NCBI RefSeq assembly: GCF_006345805.1
Contig: NC_043020.1
Coordinates: forward strand, 496,001 to 560,000
DNA length: 64,000 bases
Source of the DNA: Octopus sinensis
Taxonomy: Eukaryota
Direction: 5' to 3'
In this document: positions 1 through 11,010 of the stretch, piece after piece
Position numbering within the stretch: position 1 is the stretch's first letter
Layout of the letters: each line of letters starts with the position of its first letter
The notes under the pieces: model-generated
The model's database searches: none
What the model was told of the DNA's origin: nothing
Seen by the model: only the letters and a program-made list of their open reading frames with translations
Translations under genes and position numbers: made by a program

Positions 1-49
1 ACTAACCACTGTAGGGACCTTTCGCTTACCATCATCTAATGTCTTCTTT

Positions 50-80
<31 letters not shown>

Positions 81-1152
81 GAAAAAGTTATTTTTGTGCT
101 ATAGTGTAGTGTTGTTGGTGGGTAAGGACTATAACTCTGACTTTCTTAATTCTGCTTCCTCACCCATCTTTTTCTCTCTTTTTTTTTTTTTTTGGTTTTC
201 TGAAATTAATATTCTATTCAAATGAGTTCTTTGATAATTCTCTGAACGACAATGCATTAGCCTGAGGTCTTGGGCATTTAGAATTGAATTAAACTTTAAA
301 AACCTAATGGAGATAATGTCAAAAAGCTACGTACAGGACTGGACTTCTAAATTTCTAATTCAATGCCGAAACTTATATTTATATAAACTATTCATATAAT
401 ATACTCAAATTGTATATTGCACATACAGGCTAATTGTTAGATGAATGGCCAGCAACAGAACAGACATAGAAAGCGCAACAGTAGAAGACTGTGTGTGTGT
501 GGGCATTAAATATAGAACCATAGAGAGTAAGAAAGTAGGAGTGCAAAGGAGTAAAAGAAAGCGCTCATGATAAAGAGAGAGATATTGCAGGGGGGTAGAA
601 AATAGAGAGAGAGAGTAGAGAGAGAGGTGGTGTGAGTGGATGAGAAAGAATGGGAAAAATTACATGAGAAATAGATTTTGCATTGAAATCTTGCATGATA
701 AAATGGCTGAAAATATAGTTATTATTTCCAGTATTTTTAAAGAACAGTAGCCTTTGCTCTGGTACAAGACAAGGTCAGTGCTGTATTCAACGTTTCCTTC
801 GCACTGTGGTTTTGCCACAAACAGTCTAATATATCAACTTTGCGGAGATACAATAAAAATAACAACAACAACAACAACAACAATAATAATGACGGTAACA
901 ATAACAACAATAATAATATTGGCAATAATGATTTCTAACTTTGGCACAAAGCCATGGAATTTTGTTGAGGGTATAGGATAGAAAATTTAATGGACTTCTT
1001 CCTGGTAATTGACTGGTATGTATATATATATATATATTTATATTTATATTTTATCTGGCCCCACAAAGATAGAAAATAAAATAATGAAATAGGATAAGGG
1101 AGCCATACTGATTCTGGTGTCCAGTTACAATAATAAAATTTTTAAGTGCAAA

Positions 1153-1550
1153 CGTGGCTATTTGGTTAAGAAGATTGTTTTGGAGCCATATGGGTTTAGG
1201 TTCAGTCCCACTGCACAACACCTTGGGCAAATGTATTTTAGGATAGCCCCTGGCCAACCAATACTTTGTGAGTGAATATGGTATCTTGAGGCTTGTGAAA
1301 GACTATCGTGTGTGTGTGTGTGTGTGTGTCTTTACATTTGTCCTTCCACTCCTTGGCAACCAGTATTTGTACATCTACCTTGTAACTTAGCAGTTCAACA
1401 AAAGAGATCAAAATAATAAGTACTAAAGTTCAAAATGAAAAAAAAAAAAGGGATAACTACTGGGGTCAGTTTGTTTGACAAAATCCTTCTGGACAGAGCC
1501 CCTGTGTGGCTGCAGTCCAATGACTGGAATAAGTTAAAGTTAAAAGAAAG
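1153..1550 (+). mobile_element. tRNA-headed SINE family A, old degenerate copy
   Basis: Head gtggctatttggttaag...ggttcagtcccactg, core accttgggcaa, internal (TG)n and tail atgactggaataag. Aligns by eye with the young copies at 45945 and 55801. The core resembles the CORE-SINE domain (tentative). Confidence 0.8.
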
Positions 1551-1726
1551 AAGGTAGTGTCTGCAGAAAATAACATTGCAAATGTTTGGACGACAGTTCG
1601 GTCATTTTATGTCAACCCTAGACATAACTGGTACTTATTTTGTTGCCTGTGGAAGAATGAAAAGTGAAGTTGACATTGGAGGGATTTTTAACTTGCTGTG
1701 GTGTATGTAACCAATATAAGGTATTT

Positions 1727-2352
1727 TGGCTGTGTGGGTAAGAAGCTTGCTTCCCAACCATGTGGTCTTGGTTTCAGTCCCACTGCGCAGCACCTGTCTT
1801 CTACTATAGGTCTGGACTGACCGGGGCCTTGTGAATGGATTTTGTACACAGAAACTCTGTGTGTGTCCTCCATTGATTGAGAACCAGTGTTTGTTAATGT
1901 CCCCATAACTTAGTGGTTCAGCAAAAAGAGGCCAAAAGAATAAGGACCAGACTTTAAAAATGAATAAGAGAGTCGGTATTCGATTTATTTGACTAACCAC
2001 ATGGTTCCGGGTTCAGTCCCACTGCGTGGCACCTTGGGCAAGTGTCTTCTACTATAGCCTCGGGCCGACCAAATACTTGTGAGTGGATTTGGTAGACAGG
2101 AACTGAAAGAAGCCCGTTGTATATATATATATATATATATATGTATATGTACGACAACCGATTCTGGTGTGCTTATGCACCCGTAACTTACCGATAGAAT
2201 AAGTACTAGGCTTACAAAGAATAAGTCCCGGGGTCGAGTTGCTCCAGCATGGCCGCAATCAAAATGACTGAAACAAGTAAAAAAAACAAAAAAACCTTCA
2301 AGGCAGTGCCCCAGCATGGCTACAATCTGATGATTGGAAAGAAATAAAATGT
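1727..2352 (+). mobile_element. Nested family A SINEs (young 5'-truncated copy 1995-2283 inside an older copy)
   Basis: The older copy is interrupted at gactaa|aaaccttcaagg. The inner copy runs from aaccacatggttccgggttcagtccc to atgactgaaacaagtaaaa. Confidence 0.85.
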
Positions 2353-3494
2353 AAAAGAAGATTCAACATGGTTTGGAATTATGTGACAGTAAAAAATGGT
2401 CAAAGTTTTCGTAGCAGTGTATTTATGATCTGTGTGGCTCACTGATTTAGTGAAGCAGATCAAGGGATGTTGGAGGGAATCATTAAGGGAATTCTCAAAG
2501 AGAATATTATGCTCTGCAGACAAGCAAATAATGAACGATTATACATGAAAAGCAACGCATTAAGGCAGAAACACCAGGTATATATATATACAAGGTGTAT
2601 ATAAGAAAATAAAATTGAGAACAGCTTGTTACATAATAATGAAAAAGTGTGAATGGATGAGAATTATGTGGAAATGAATACTGTTCCATTATTGAATAGA
2701 AGAGGCAGAAAATAAAAAAAAAACGTGGTGAGTATATTATGGTTGGCATAGAAGATTATAGCAATGGTGAGATGAGATTGAATGGAGGAAAGAATGAATG
2801 GTACATGAAAGGAAATTGGATGGACTCTGAAAAAGGAAACTACGAAATTGGCGCTGATGAACTAAAGAATTGCTTGTGCAAAAAATAATACTTTGTAGAG
2901 GGAAGTATTTAACAGTTTAATTAAAAAAAAAAAAAATAGTAAACATGGTTAGTTAAGCTATAAAAGTGAGATGGGAAGGAAAAAAAAAAAAAAAACCAAC
3001 TGTTTCATCAGTAACATGGAATAAATAATGGAAACCAAAGCATGGAATAAGCTAAGAAATATGGTATTGTTATCACGTACGTGAACAGATTGTGTAGGGC
3101 TTAAAAAAATTAGAGAGAGAAAAAGTTAATTGTTTGGTGTAAAACTCCTCGTTAGAAATTATTATGATGTAAGAAAAACCATAACGATAATATTTCTAGC
3201 AGTATATTCTTTTATGATTTCTATAATGGGGTGGTCCACACTGTAAGGCATGTTGTGTACTTAATACTGGACTATGTACTTTCACTATTGGTCTCCATTC
3301 ATAGTAAAGTCAGCAGCTTCACTAAATCAACATTGCATCTAGTTCCTCATCATCATCATCATCATAGCACTTTTCCATGCTTGTGTGAATCAGATGGAGA
3401 TGTTCTATGGCCAGATGCCCTTCCTCTCACTAACTCTCACATTGTTTACATTATTTACATTTGACGGATATTTGTCCTCATCTTGTTTGTTGTT

Positions 3495-3540
3495 AATACA
3501 ATGTTTTGGCTGATACACCCTCCAGCCTTCATCAGGTGTC
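3495..3540 (-). ncRNA. Minimal type-I hammerhead ribozyme motif, mutated and probably inactive
   Basis: GACAC-CUGAUGA-A-GGCUG(GAGGGUGUAU)CAGCC-AAAA-CAUU-GUAUU. The CUGAUGA core and a 5-bp stem II are intact, and stem I pairs GACAC/GUAUU with one mismatch. Three G>A changes (two in CpG context) separate it from GAAACGUU-GUGUU. Confidence 0.65.
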
Positions 3541-3609
3541 TTGGGGAAATTTTGAACCTGGGTTCTCATTCCTAAGGTATTTTCCGATGTTGTTATTATT
3601 ATTATTACT

Positions 3610-3850
3610 GAGACCCCCCTATGGTCATGACTGACCGTGGGATTGCACCTAGAAAGTTACCCTCCCAGGCACAAGTCCAGGCAAGGTTGTTTATGGAAGA
3701 CCAGCAGTCACCCATGCATACCAGCCGAAACAGCTTGGCATCTGTGATGTCACAACTCATTTCTACAACTGAGTGAACTGGAGCAACGTGAAATAAAGTG
3801 TCTTGCTCAAAAACACAACACGCAGCCCGGTCCGGGATTCAAACTCTCAA
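3610..3850 (-). mobile_element. SINE (family E-like head and core, different tail) inserted in the hammerhead element
   Basis: ggagcaacgtgaaataaagtgtcttgctcaaaaacacaac core shared with the copies at 14755-14965 and 16411-16660. Confidence 0.7.
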
Positions 3851-3878
3851 CATAATTTCGACACTTCACATTATTATC

Positions 3879-3909
<31 letters not shown>

Positions 3910-4149
3910 TCACTGCCTGGAAACGAACTCAGAATCTTGGGGTTAGTAGTGCATGCTCTTTACCACTACACCATATGAGGACAAATATCTGTCAAATACA
4001 AATAATGTAAATAATATACATAATTCCTCATCTCTTAAATATAGAACTGAACTCTCATAGGTTTTCATAGAATGAATGGTAATGAGTGGCATTGCTTGTA
4101 TGAGAGTGAAACTCATTTTACAACAACCATACAATGTCTAGGCACTGAG

Positions 4150-4315
4150 ACACACACATATGACGTGTTTCTTTCAGTTTCCATATACCAAATTTATTTG
4201 TGTTGACCTGGGGCTATAATAGGATGTATTCACCCAAGGTGCCACGCAGTGGAACTGAACTCAGAACCATGTGTTTTGAAAGTAAACTTCTTACCACGCA
4301 GCCATGCTGGCCCCT
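4150..4315 (-). mobile_element. Family A SINE 5' fragment
   Basis: Reverse complement of head and core: cccaaggtgccacgcagtggaactgaactcagaaccatgtg. Confidence 0.75.
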
Positions 4316-4829
4316 GTTAACCTTGGATCAGTATATCTTTCACGAAACTCCCTCAACATGATTGTATTTTCTTTCTTTTTTTCTTTTTTTTTTTGTGATT
4401 CAAAAGGGTTGTCTGTGAGATAATTGGTTTTCTCAAAATATGTCCAGTTGAAATTAATCTTTTTGAATGTGAAATTTTATCAGTTGAAGACGTGTGCACA
4501 CTCTTACAATTAACTGTTCATTATTTACTCTTTCTGCAACATGAACTCCAAAGTGCAACTCATAAACGCGAGCAATGTTCTGCATTTATCTGTTCTGACA
4601 GCTATTGTCTGCAGCTCACTGCTAGAGAATAGAACTGTTTTAATCAAACTTTCAAAAGTTGCATTGTAATTCTCTCTCTGACTGTACAATTCCAAATAAA
4701 GTTGTGTGTGCCTGCTGATACTCATTCTAATTGGAGTCGCTTTATCTAAAAACTCTTCTCCTGTCTGCCCTGTTACATCAGGGATAACAAAACTCTATAT
4801 CAATAGAAAGTTGAGTTCTTAAGGTGGTA

Positions 4830-5219
4830 GATGATGGAAGCACTCCATCAGTTACGACGACGAGGGTTCCGGTTGATCCGAATCAATGGAACAGCCTGCT
4901 CGTGAAATTAACGTGTAAGTGGCTGAGCACTCCACAGACATGTGTACCCTTAACGTAGTTCTCGGGGATATTCAGCGTGACACAGAGAGTGACAAGGCCG
5001 GCCCTTTGAAATACAGGTACAACAGAAACAGGAAGTAAGAGTGAGAGACAGTTGTGGCGAAAGAGTACAGCAGGGATCACCACTATCCCCTGCCGGAGCC
5101 TCATGGAGCTTTGGGTGTTTTCGCTCAATAAACACTCACAACGCCCGGTCTGGGAATCGAAACCGCGATCCTATGACCGCGAGTCCGCTGCCCTAACCAC
5201 TGGGCCATTGCACCTCCAC
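4830..5219 (-). mobile_element. Full-length tRNA-headed SINE family C with 13-bp TSD
   Basis: TSD tcttaaggtggta at 4817-4829 and 5220-5232. Minus-strand head gtggaggtgcaatggcccagtggttaggg...ggtttcgattccc carries A and B boxes. Confidence 0.92.
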
Positions 5220-5712
5220 TCTTAAGGTGGTATACATATGATCGTAGAATTCTGGTCACCAACAAACTATACTTTGGTTTTCATTAATCTTTTGCAGATG
5301 TAATTTCAATCATTTCAGTGGCCTTTGTGCTACCAAAGGATTACCACTTAAATTATAGCTAATACAGGAAGTTTACAGTAGAAAATTTTCTGGATATCTT
5401 TAAACGGAAACTGTGTGGAAGCCCACCATATATATGTATTTATATATGATGTTATTAACCTTATCATCATTGGCAAGACCAAACAAGGTCAAAATTGCAT
5501 GATCTGGTGGTCTTGGTACTGAAGGTAGCAAGTATTTATCTCCCTTCTAGCGATATAATGTGTGCATTTGGCACCAAAACGTCAATATAAGAGTTTTTCC
5601 TATGGTAATTACTACAGTAAGGTTTGTTCTAACAGAACATTCACATTTAAGTGGGATTAAATATTACCTCTTGGTATTAATATTGCCACTGTCACTAACA
5701 TATATATATATA

Positions 5713-5990
5713 TTGGGCCTTACTGAGGTAATGACTAGTGACTGAGACCTTTAGAGATATGCTGTGCTTGAGAAGACCCAACAAGCCAAGTGAAACCATA
5801 GCCCATGGCCTATTCCATTGGGTGCAACCAGCCCACTTACGAATATCCTTCTTTCATTGGACATTAAACTTTGCTTGCAAAGACCTATTGAGGCAAGTGA
5901 AATCAAAATCGCTGATGTGGCCGATGACAGTACCGCCTGATTGGCACGAGTGCCAGTGGAACGTTAAAAGCACATCCTTTCATCCTTTCG
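5713..5990 (+). mobile_element. RTE LINE ORF2 C-terminus plus start of 3'UTR (links family D to RTE)
   Basis: Translates LGLTEVMTSD*DL*RYAVLEKTQQAK*, resembling an RTE C-terminal D-R-x-x-W-R motif with stops. It continues into the same UTR sequence (gaagacc...gaggcaagtgaaatc) seen at 62280-62400 on the minus strand. Confidence 0.7.
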
Positions 5991-6104
5991 AGGTCGTTAA
6001 TTAAAGTACCAGTTTTGCACTAGGGTCGATGTAATCGACTTAATCCCTTTGTCTGTCCCCTCTATGTTTAGCCCCTTGTGGGTAGTAAAGAAATACATTA
6101 TGTG

Positions 6105-6350
6105 ATAGTTGTAAATAATTATCACTGTCATACAAGCATCACCATTCATTTCCAATATTCTGTGAAAACACGTTTGGCCATAGTGGGGGAGGGGAATATT
6201 ACTTTTCCTGGAAACACATGAGGGTTGACAGCAGGAAGAGCATCCAGATGTAAAACGTTCCCTTCAGCAAAACTCCATCCAACTTGTGTAAGCACGGAAA
6301 AGTGGACATTAAAATGATGATAATAACGATGATGAAACAGAGATAATGTT
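6105..6350 (+). mobile_element. Family G repeat (RTE-type 3' end with (ATG)n tail)
   Basis: ggaaacacatgagggttgacagcaggaagagcatccag...ggaaaagtggacattaaaatgatg. Related copies at ~8720-8915, 24680-24930, 34925-35130, 58098-58258 and 61660-61880. Confidence 0.65.
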
Positions 6351-6913
6351 GAGAAATACATAATCCAGATTTGTGCAAATAGACTACATTAAACCTCTCT
6401 GCTATCTCTCCAGGGTATGAGGGGTATCAAGTTGCAGCCATTATTGTGTACGAGTACCGCTAAGCAGCTCATCAGAGCCATTATTTGTGTCTGTACATGA
6501 AAGCGCTCAAGTTTATCTTCTTTATTATACTTATTACAATTGAGACTGTTTCACTTGTATCATATTTTTATTACAACTACCTGTATATTGTATGTTTATC
6601 TCACTTTACACTGATTAATAATGTTCATGGTGTATATACACCACGTACATGGTATATTGTTTTACACACACACACACACACGGAGTTTATTGTACATAGA
6701 CGTTCACAATAATTTGATACTCTATTCTGTATTTTTGCCATCTTTATGCTACATTTCGCTACATATCTTCACAGTTAATATTACATCTGTCAGATATGAT
6801 GGACGGCTATCATTATTATCGAGCCACCCCCACCACCTTCTCTGACCCATTATAGCAAGGGTCAACTGTAACTGAATTTTAAGGAGATTGGAAAAGAAAA
6901 CACATCTACAGAA

Positions 6914-6951
<38 letters not shown>

Positions 6952-7313
6952 ATGCATTTACATATGTGTGCATCAGTCCGTGCTTAATAACAAAGACAAG
7001 GTAAGAAATTGCAATGTTAGTTTTGGTTTGTTTTGGCACATATCACATGAAGAGCATGGTTGTTAGATGCAGCTAGAAACACAGCCCCCCCCCCCGTGTC
7101 ACCATGATCTGAAGTAAAGTATATTGGTCCAATTCGACCAAGTGTAAGGGACGGAGAAAGGAGCTCGTTAGGAAATCACAATGAAGGGTAAAATAGAATA
7201 CATCAATGTAAACGGCGGAGATCACATTCGGTTTTATAAATACCAAGGGAAAAGCTATTAGCAAATTTGTGTCTGTATGATACAAGCACATTTATGTGTG
7301 TGTGTGTGTGTGT

Positions 7314-7369
<56 letters not shown>

Positions 7370-7477
7370 GTGCAGGTGTCACAACAACAACAACATTGCA
7401 TAGTTGATTTGTAACCACTTAAGTAAAACTGTTTGGCTTCTATTTAAGGCTGGATGGCTAATAGGTCATCGTCATCG

Positions 7478-7640
7478 TCACCATCATCATCATTATCATT
7501 TGACGTCTGTTTTCCAAGTTGGTCCGGGTTGGATGGTTCGACAGGATATGACTTGCCACTTGGCTGTGTCAAGTTCCAGTGGTCTCTATAGCATGGTTTC
7601 TATGGCTGGATGCCCTTCCTAACGCTGACCGATTTTACAG
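7478..7640 (-). mobile_element. Family D (RTE 3'UTR) fragment
   Basis: (CAT)n followed by ...ggctggatgcccttcctaacgc, the diagnostic D/G motif. Confidence 0.7.
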
Positions 7641-7994
7641 TGTTGAGATGCTAAAGAATGATGGGGAAACAAGCATTATATAAGGGTGGGTGGGATAGCT
7701 GGGAAGATAAGATAGTAGTGATGGGGTGCCAAAGCAAACCCTCAAGATACAAAGTGAGCTTAAAAGAGGATACAGACTGTGGACCAGGCACAGGGTATTT
7801 GAAAGGAGAATGATAGATGGTTAGAGATTGGGGTAGAGCTGGATGTAGTGAGTGATGAAGTAGGGATGCAGTTGATGAGACTTTGATATTTGACTGATGC
7901 TTGTCTTAGTAACTTCAACTGTTGGCTGAGAAGCTGGGTCAACTGCAGGTGAATTTAAACTCAGAATGCAAAGGTCAGTTGAAAATGGTCAGTG

Positions 7995-8123
7995 CACTAG
8001 CCTAGCTAGGGTATATTCTGCCCGGAATGGCTCTTCAGTTTGCTGCCTCTGGGCTCCCTCATACAATACATACTGCCTACAGCAGACCCAAAAGTGGTGC
8101 TGCCCCCTCTAGCTATGCTAGTG
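7995..8123. mobile_element. 129-bp MITE, hAT-like
   Basis: 15-bp TIR cactagc(c/a)tagctag with one mismatch. Flanks ggtcagtg (7987-7994) and ggtcagtt (8124-8131) form an 8-bp TSD with one mismatch. Confidence 0.75.
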
Positions 8124-9767
8124 GGTCAGTTGTGAATTGATATAGTTACTAGGGAATTCCAGGTAATCTGTTGGTAGCATCCAAGATTATGGTTCATCAC
8201 CAGTCTATATGTAAATCCATGGATGTTGCTCAAACAAACTGGTTTTTACGCAGAGGGATAAATAAGAAACAAGCTAAAAAAAAATAGTCATTAAATATTT
8301 TCCTTTATTGGAGCAAATTTGGCTCACAGTTGTTTCCAGTAGTCATTGTAGGTACAATACTGATAGATTTACTCAATTGGTCTAGTGATCAGTTGAAGAA
8401 AATTCAATGACCTAAGAAAATTAATGCTACTTTTGTCAGAGACATTTCTAGCCAAATTTGTTCCAATAAAGAAAAAATATGTAATGACCATTATTTTTAA
8501 GTTGTTTATTATATATACACACATACATTTGTGTATATATATATATAATTAATAATATCAAGGTAATAAAAATTTTAGAAATTTTTACTAGTGGCTTAGC
8601 GTATAGAAAAATTAGTCAATAGACTATATATTATTCATATAAAATACAGTGTACATTTAGATACATTAAGATATATATATATATATATACGTATATATGT
8701 GTAAACCTTGTCTGGTCATCATGTGGTGGTTGTAAATGAACATCATCATCATCATCATTCCAGTTGTCCATAAAAAACTTGTCTAGCCACGAAGGAAATA
8801 TTAACTTGCTTGGAGACAGGAGAGGGTTTGCAACAGGAAGGTCATCCGGCCGTAGAAAAAAAAAATTGCTTCAACAAATTCCAACTGACCCATGAAAGCA
8901 TGGAAAAGTGGATGAGGTGGAGGATGGAGCAAGCTAACAAGGAAGCTTCTACATGGACACACAACCTGCCAGAAATATCAGTCAAACTTCCATCAGATCA
9001 CACTTCACTGTCTTTAAAAGTAATGGACACGTCGAATAATGTAGTCATGAATATAATAAGAAAAGACTGGATGGCCACAGCTGGAATGTTTTTGGTCATA
9101 GGTTTCGCTGTACAATCAGGGCTGATCTGAGGACTAAATGATCACATCAGCAGCAACTTTAATATTTATTCATTGCATATTGTTTCTTCTTCCTCTGTAG
9201 TACTGAAGTGTTTTTATTCATAATATAGATATATATCCTTCAATTGAATTAAAGCTACATCAATTGTAAGTTCTGTTATTTCTCAGTGGTGTTATAAACA
9301 TTTACAAGTTAAAGATAGTCTAATGTTTTATGAACTGCGGCATTGAAGACACATTTAAGAAATGAAGATGTGTGTGAACTTTGTATTGAGTTTGTTTAAA
9401 CATATTCCCAACACTGTTTATAAAGCAGCACATATTCATGTTTCTATATCCTGTATATCATTATCTTTGACATCTATCTTACATCTTATCAACTCACAAG
9501 ACATTTCCATCTAACAAGTTTCATTGTGTGTTTGTGTATTTAATAAGAAACAAATATTTTTCAAACATACTCACACCCACCCCAACCCCACTGTCTAACC
9601 ATTCTTCACACCCTCCATACATTCTTGCGACCTCTATCCAGCCCTACCTTCATGTTCTTTTGCCACCACCCACCTTCCCGAGCCCACCTTGACACCTTGT
9701 CACCATCATCTTTATTTTTCTTCCCATCTCCATGCCGATCACTCCTCTCTCATCTTGTATAATGTAA

Positions 9768-9872
9768 GCAGACACGTAACTCTTCCACATCAAGGTGGAC
9801 AGGTAAAGTGCTTCAAGGATACACTCAAAGCCTCACTGAAGAATTTTGAGACCAACTCCAACACCTGGGGAA
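9768..9872 (+). pseudogene. RTE LINE ORF2 C-terminal fragment
   Basis: SRHVTLPHQGGQVKCFKDTLKASLKNFETNSNTW resembles the RTE motif GGQKKRFKDTLKASLK...W. Confidence 0.75.
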
Positions 9873-9875
9873 GCC

Positions 9876-10276
9876 GTTCAAGAATTTGGACCTGGAGATC
9901 TCCATTTCCAGTGATTTCGAGGGCCACCTCCCAGTGGTGTTGGGCATCAACAAAGCGCCCTCGACTACAACAAGACGACCAAAGTTTTTTTTTCCAAGGT
10001 CTGGGGTCTCCCGCCCCTAAGCCCTAGACCATCACCTAATCACCCTTATCCATCTTGTTGCTTTACAACAACAACAACCATCTGCAGCAGCTGTTCAAGA
10101 ATTTGGACCTGGAGATCTCCATTTCCAGCGATTTCAAGGGCCACCTTCCAGTGGTATTGGGCATCGACGAAGAGCCCTCGACTACAACAAGATGACCAAA
10201 GTTTTTTTTTTCCAAGGTCTGGGGTCTCCCGTGCCCTAAGCCCTAGACCATCACCTAATCACCCTTACCCATCTTG
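9876..10276 (+). repeat. Direct duplication of a ~183-bp GC-rich unit (9876-10057 and 10093-10276)
   Basis: Both copies run gttcaagaatttggacctggagatctcc...cacccttayccatcttg with about a dozen differences. Each is followed by a short sequence and a simple-repeat tail. Confidence 0.9.
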
Positions 10277-10321
10277 AGGTTTGCGCTCTCTGAGTGCTCT
10301 TGTTATTATTATTATTATTAT

Positions 10322-11010
10322 TAAGATGGTGAGCTGGCAAAATCATTTGCGCAGCAGACAAAATGCTTAGCAGTATTTCACTCATGGCTACGTTCTGAGT
10401 TCAAATTACACCAACGTCGATTTTGCCTTTCATCTTTTTCTGATCGATAAATTAGGTACTGGTTGCCTACTGTGTTGATCTAATTGACTGGGCCCATCCC
10501 ACCCAAATTTCAGGTCTTGTGCCTATAGGGGAAAGGATTTCTATTATTATTATCATTATTATTATTATTATGGCAAGCTGGCAGAATCGTTATAATGCTT
10601 GATGAAATTCTGCCAAGGTTCATTTTGCCTTTCATCCTTTAGTTCAAATTCTGCCAAGGTCGACTTTGCCTTTTATCCTTTAACCCTTTAGCATTTAAAC
10701 CGGCCATATCCGGCCAAAAGTATTCTGCCTGTTTTATGGTCAAACTGGCCAGATCTGGTCTCTCACACCAACCCTACAATATCATTTTAAAAACTAACAG
10801 CTACCTCATCAAAATCTCATAGCTACAAGATAATGCATGATTAGTTCAAAACAATGTGGATGAAGAAGCATTAATTGTGCCAGAATAATGCGAACACTAA
10901 AGTGTTAAAGTTTGATAAATTAAGTACCAGTGAAACACTGGGACCAATATAATTAGCTAGTCCCTCCCCCAAAATTTCAGGCCTTGTGCCTATAACTGAA
11001 AGGGGTTATT
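10322..11010 (+). mobile_element. Cluster of family B2 SINE copies
   Basis: Head ggtgagctggcaaaatc, B-box ctgagttcaaatt, body tttgcctttcatc...gataaattaagtaccag and tail cccaaatttcaggccttgtgcctat. One copy is split by the MITE at 10680. Confidence 0.8.
10680..10908. mobile_element. piggyBac-like MITE with TTAA TSD
   Basis: TTAA-ccctttagcatt ... acactaaagtg-TTAA. It interrupts the SINE body between gccttttatcc and agtttgataaattaagtacc. Confidence 0.75.

Larger units (their letters stand above)
3441..3977 (-). mobile_element. tRNA-headed non-autonomous retroelement with hammerhead ribozyme (Penelope-like tail), interrupted by a SINE
   Basis: Minus strand: tRNA-like head (tggtgtagtggt A-box, gagttcgtttcc B-box-like, 3977-3905), then (AAT)n, an inserted SINE (~3610-3850), the hammerhead at 3540-3495 and an AT-rich tail. 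An inverted copy of the tail lies at 3975-4015. Confidence 0.6.

Noticed and set aside
2400-3100. Purine-rich strand resembling a decayed L1/Tx1 3' region
   Set aside because: I could not recover any convincing protein motif.
3722-3731. cagccgaaac, identical to the restored hammerhead 3' half
   Set aside because: There is no upstream CTGATGA or GGCTG on the plus strand; probably chance.
5140-5219. tRNA-like sequences here and at 3905, 16590, 42055, 45945, 51751 and 55801
   Set aside because: They are SINE heads: A and B boxes are present but there is no complete cloverleaf, and each continues into a repeat body.
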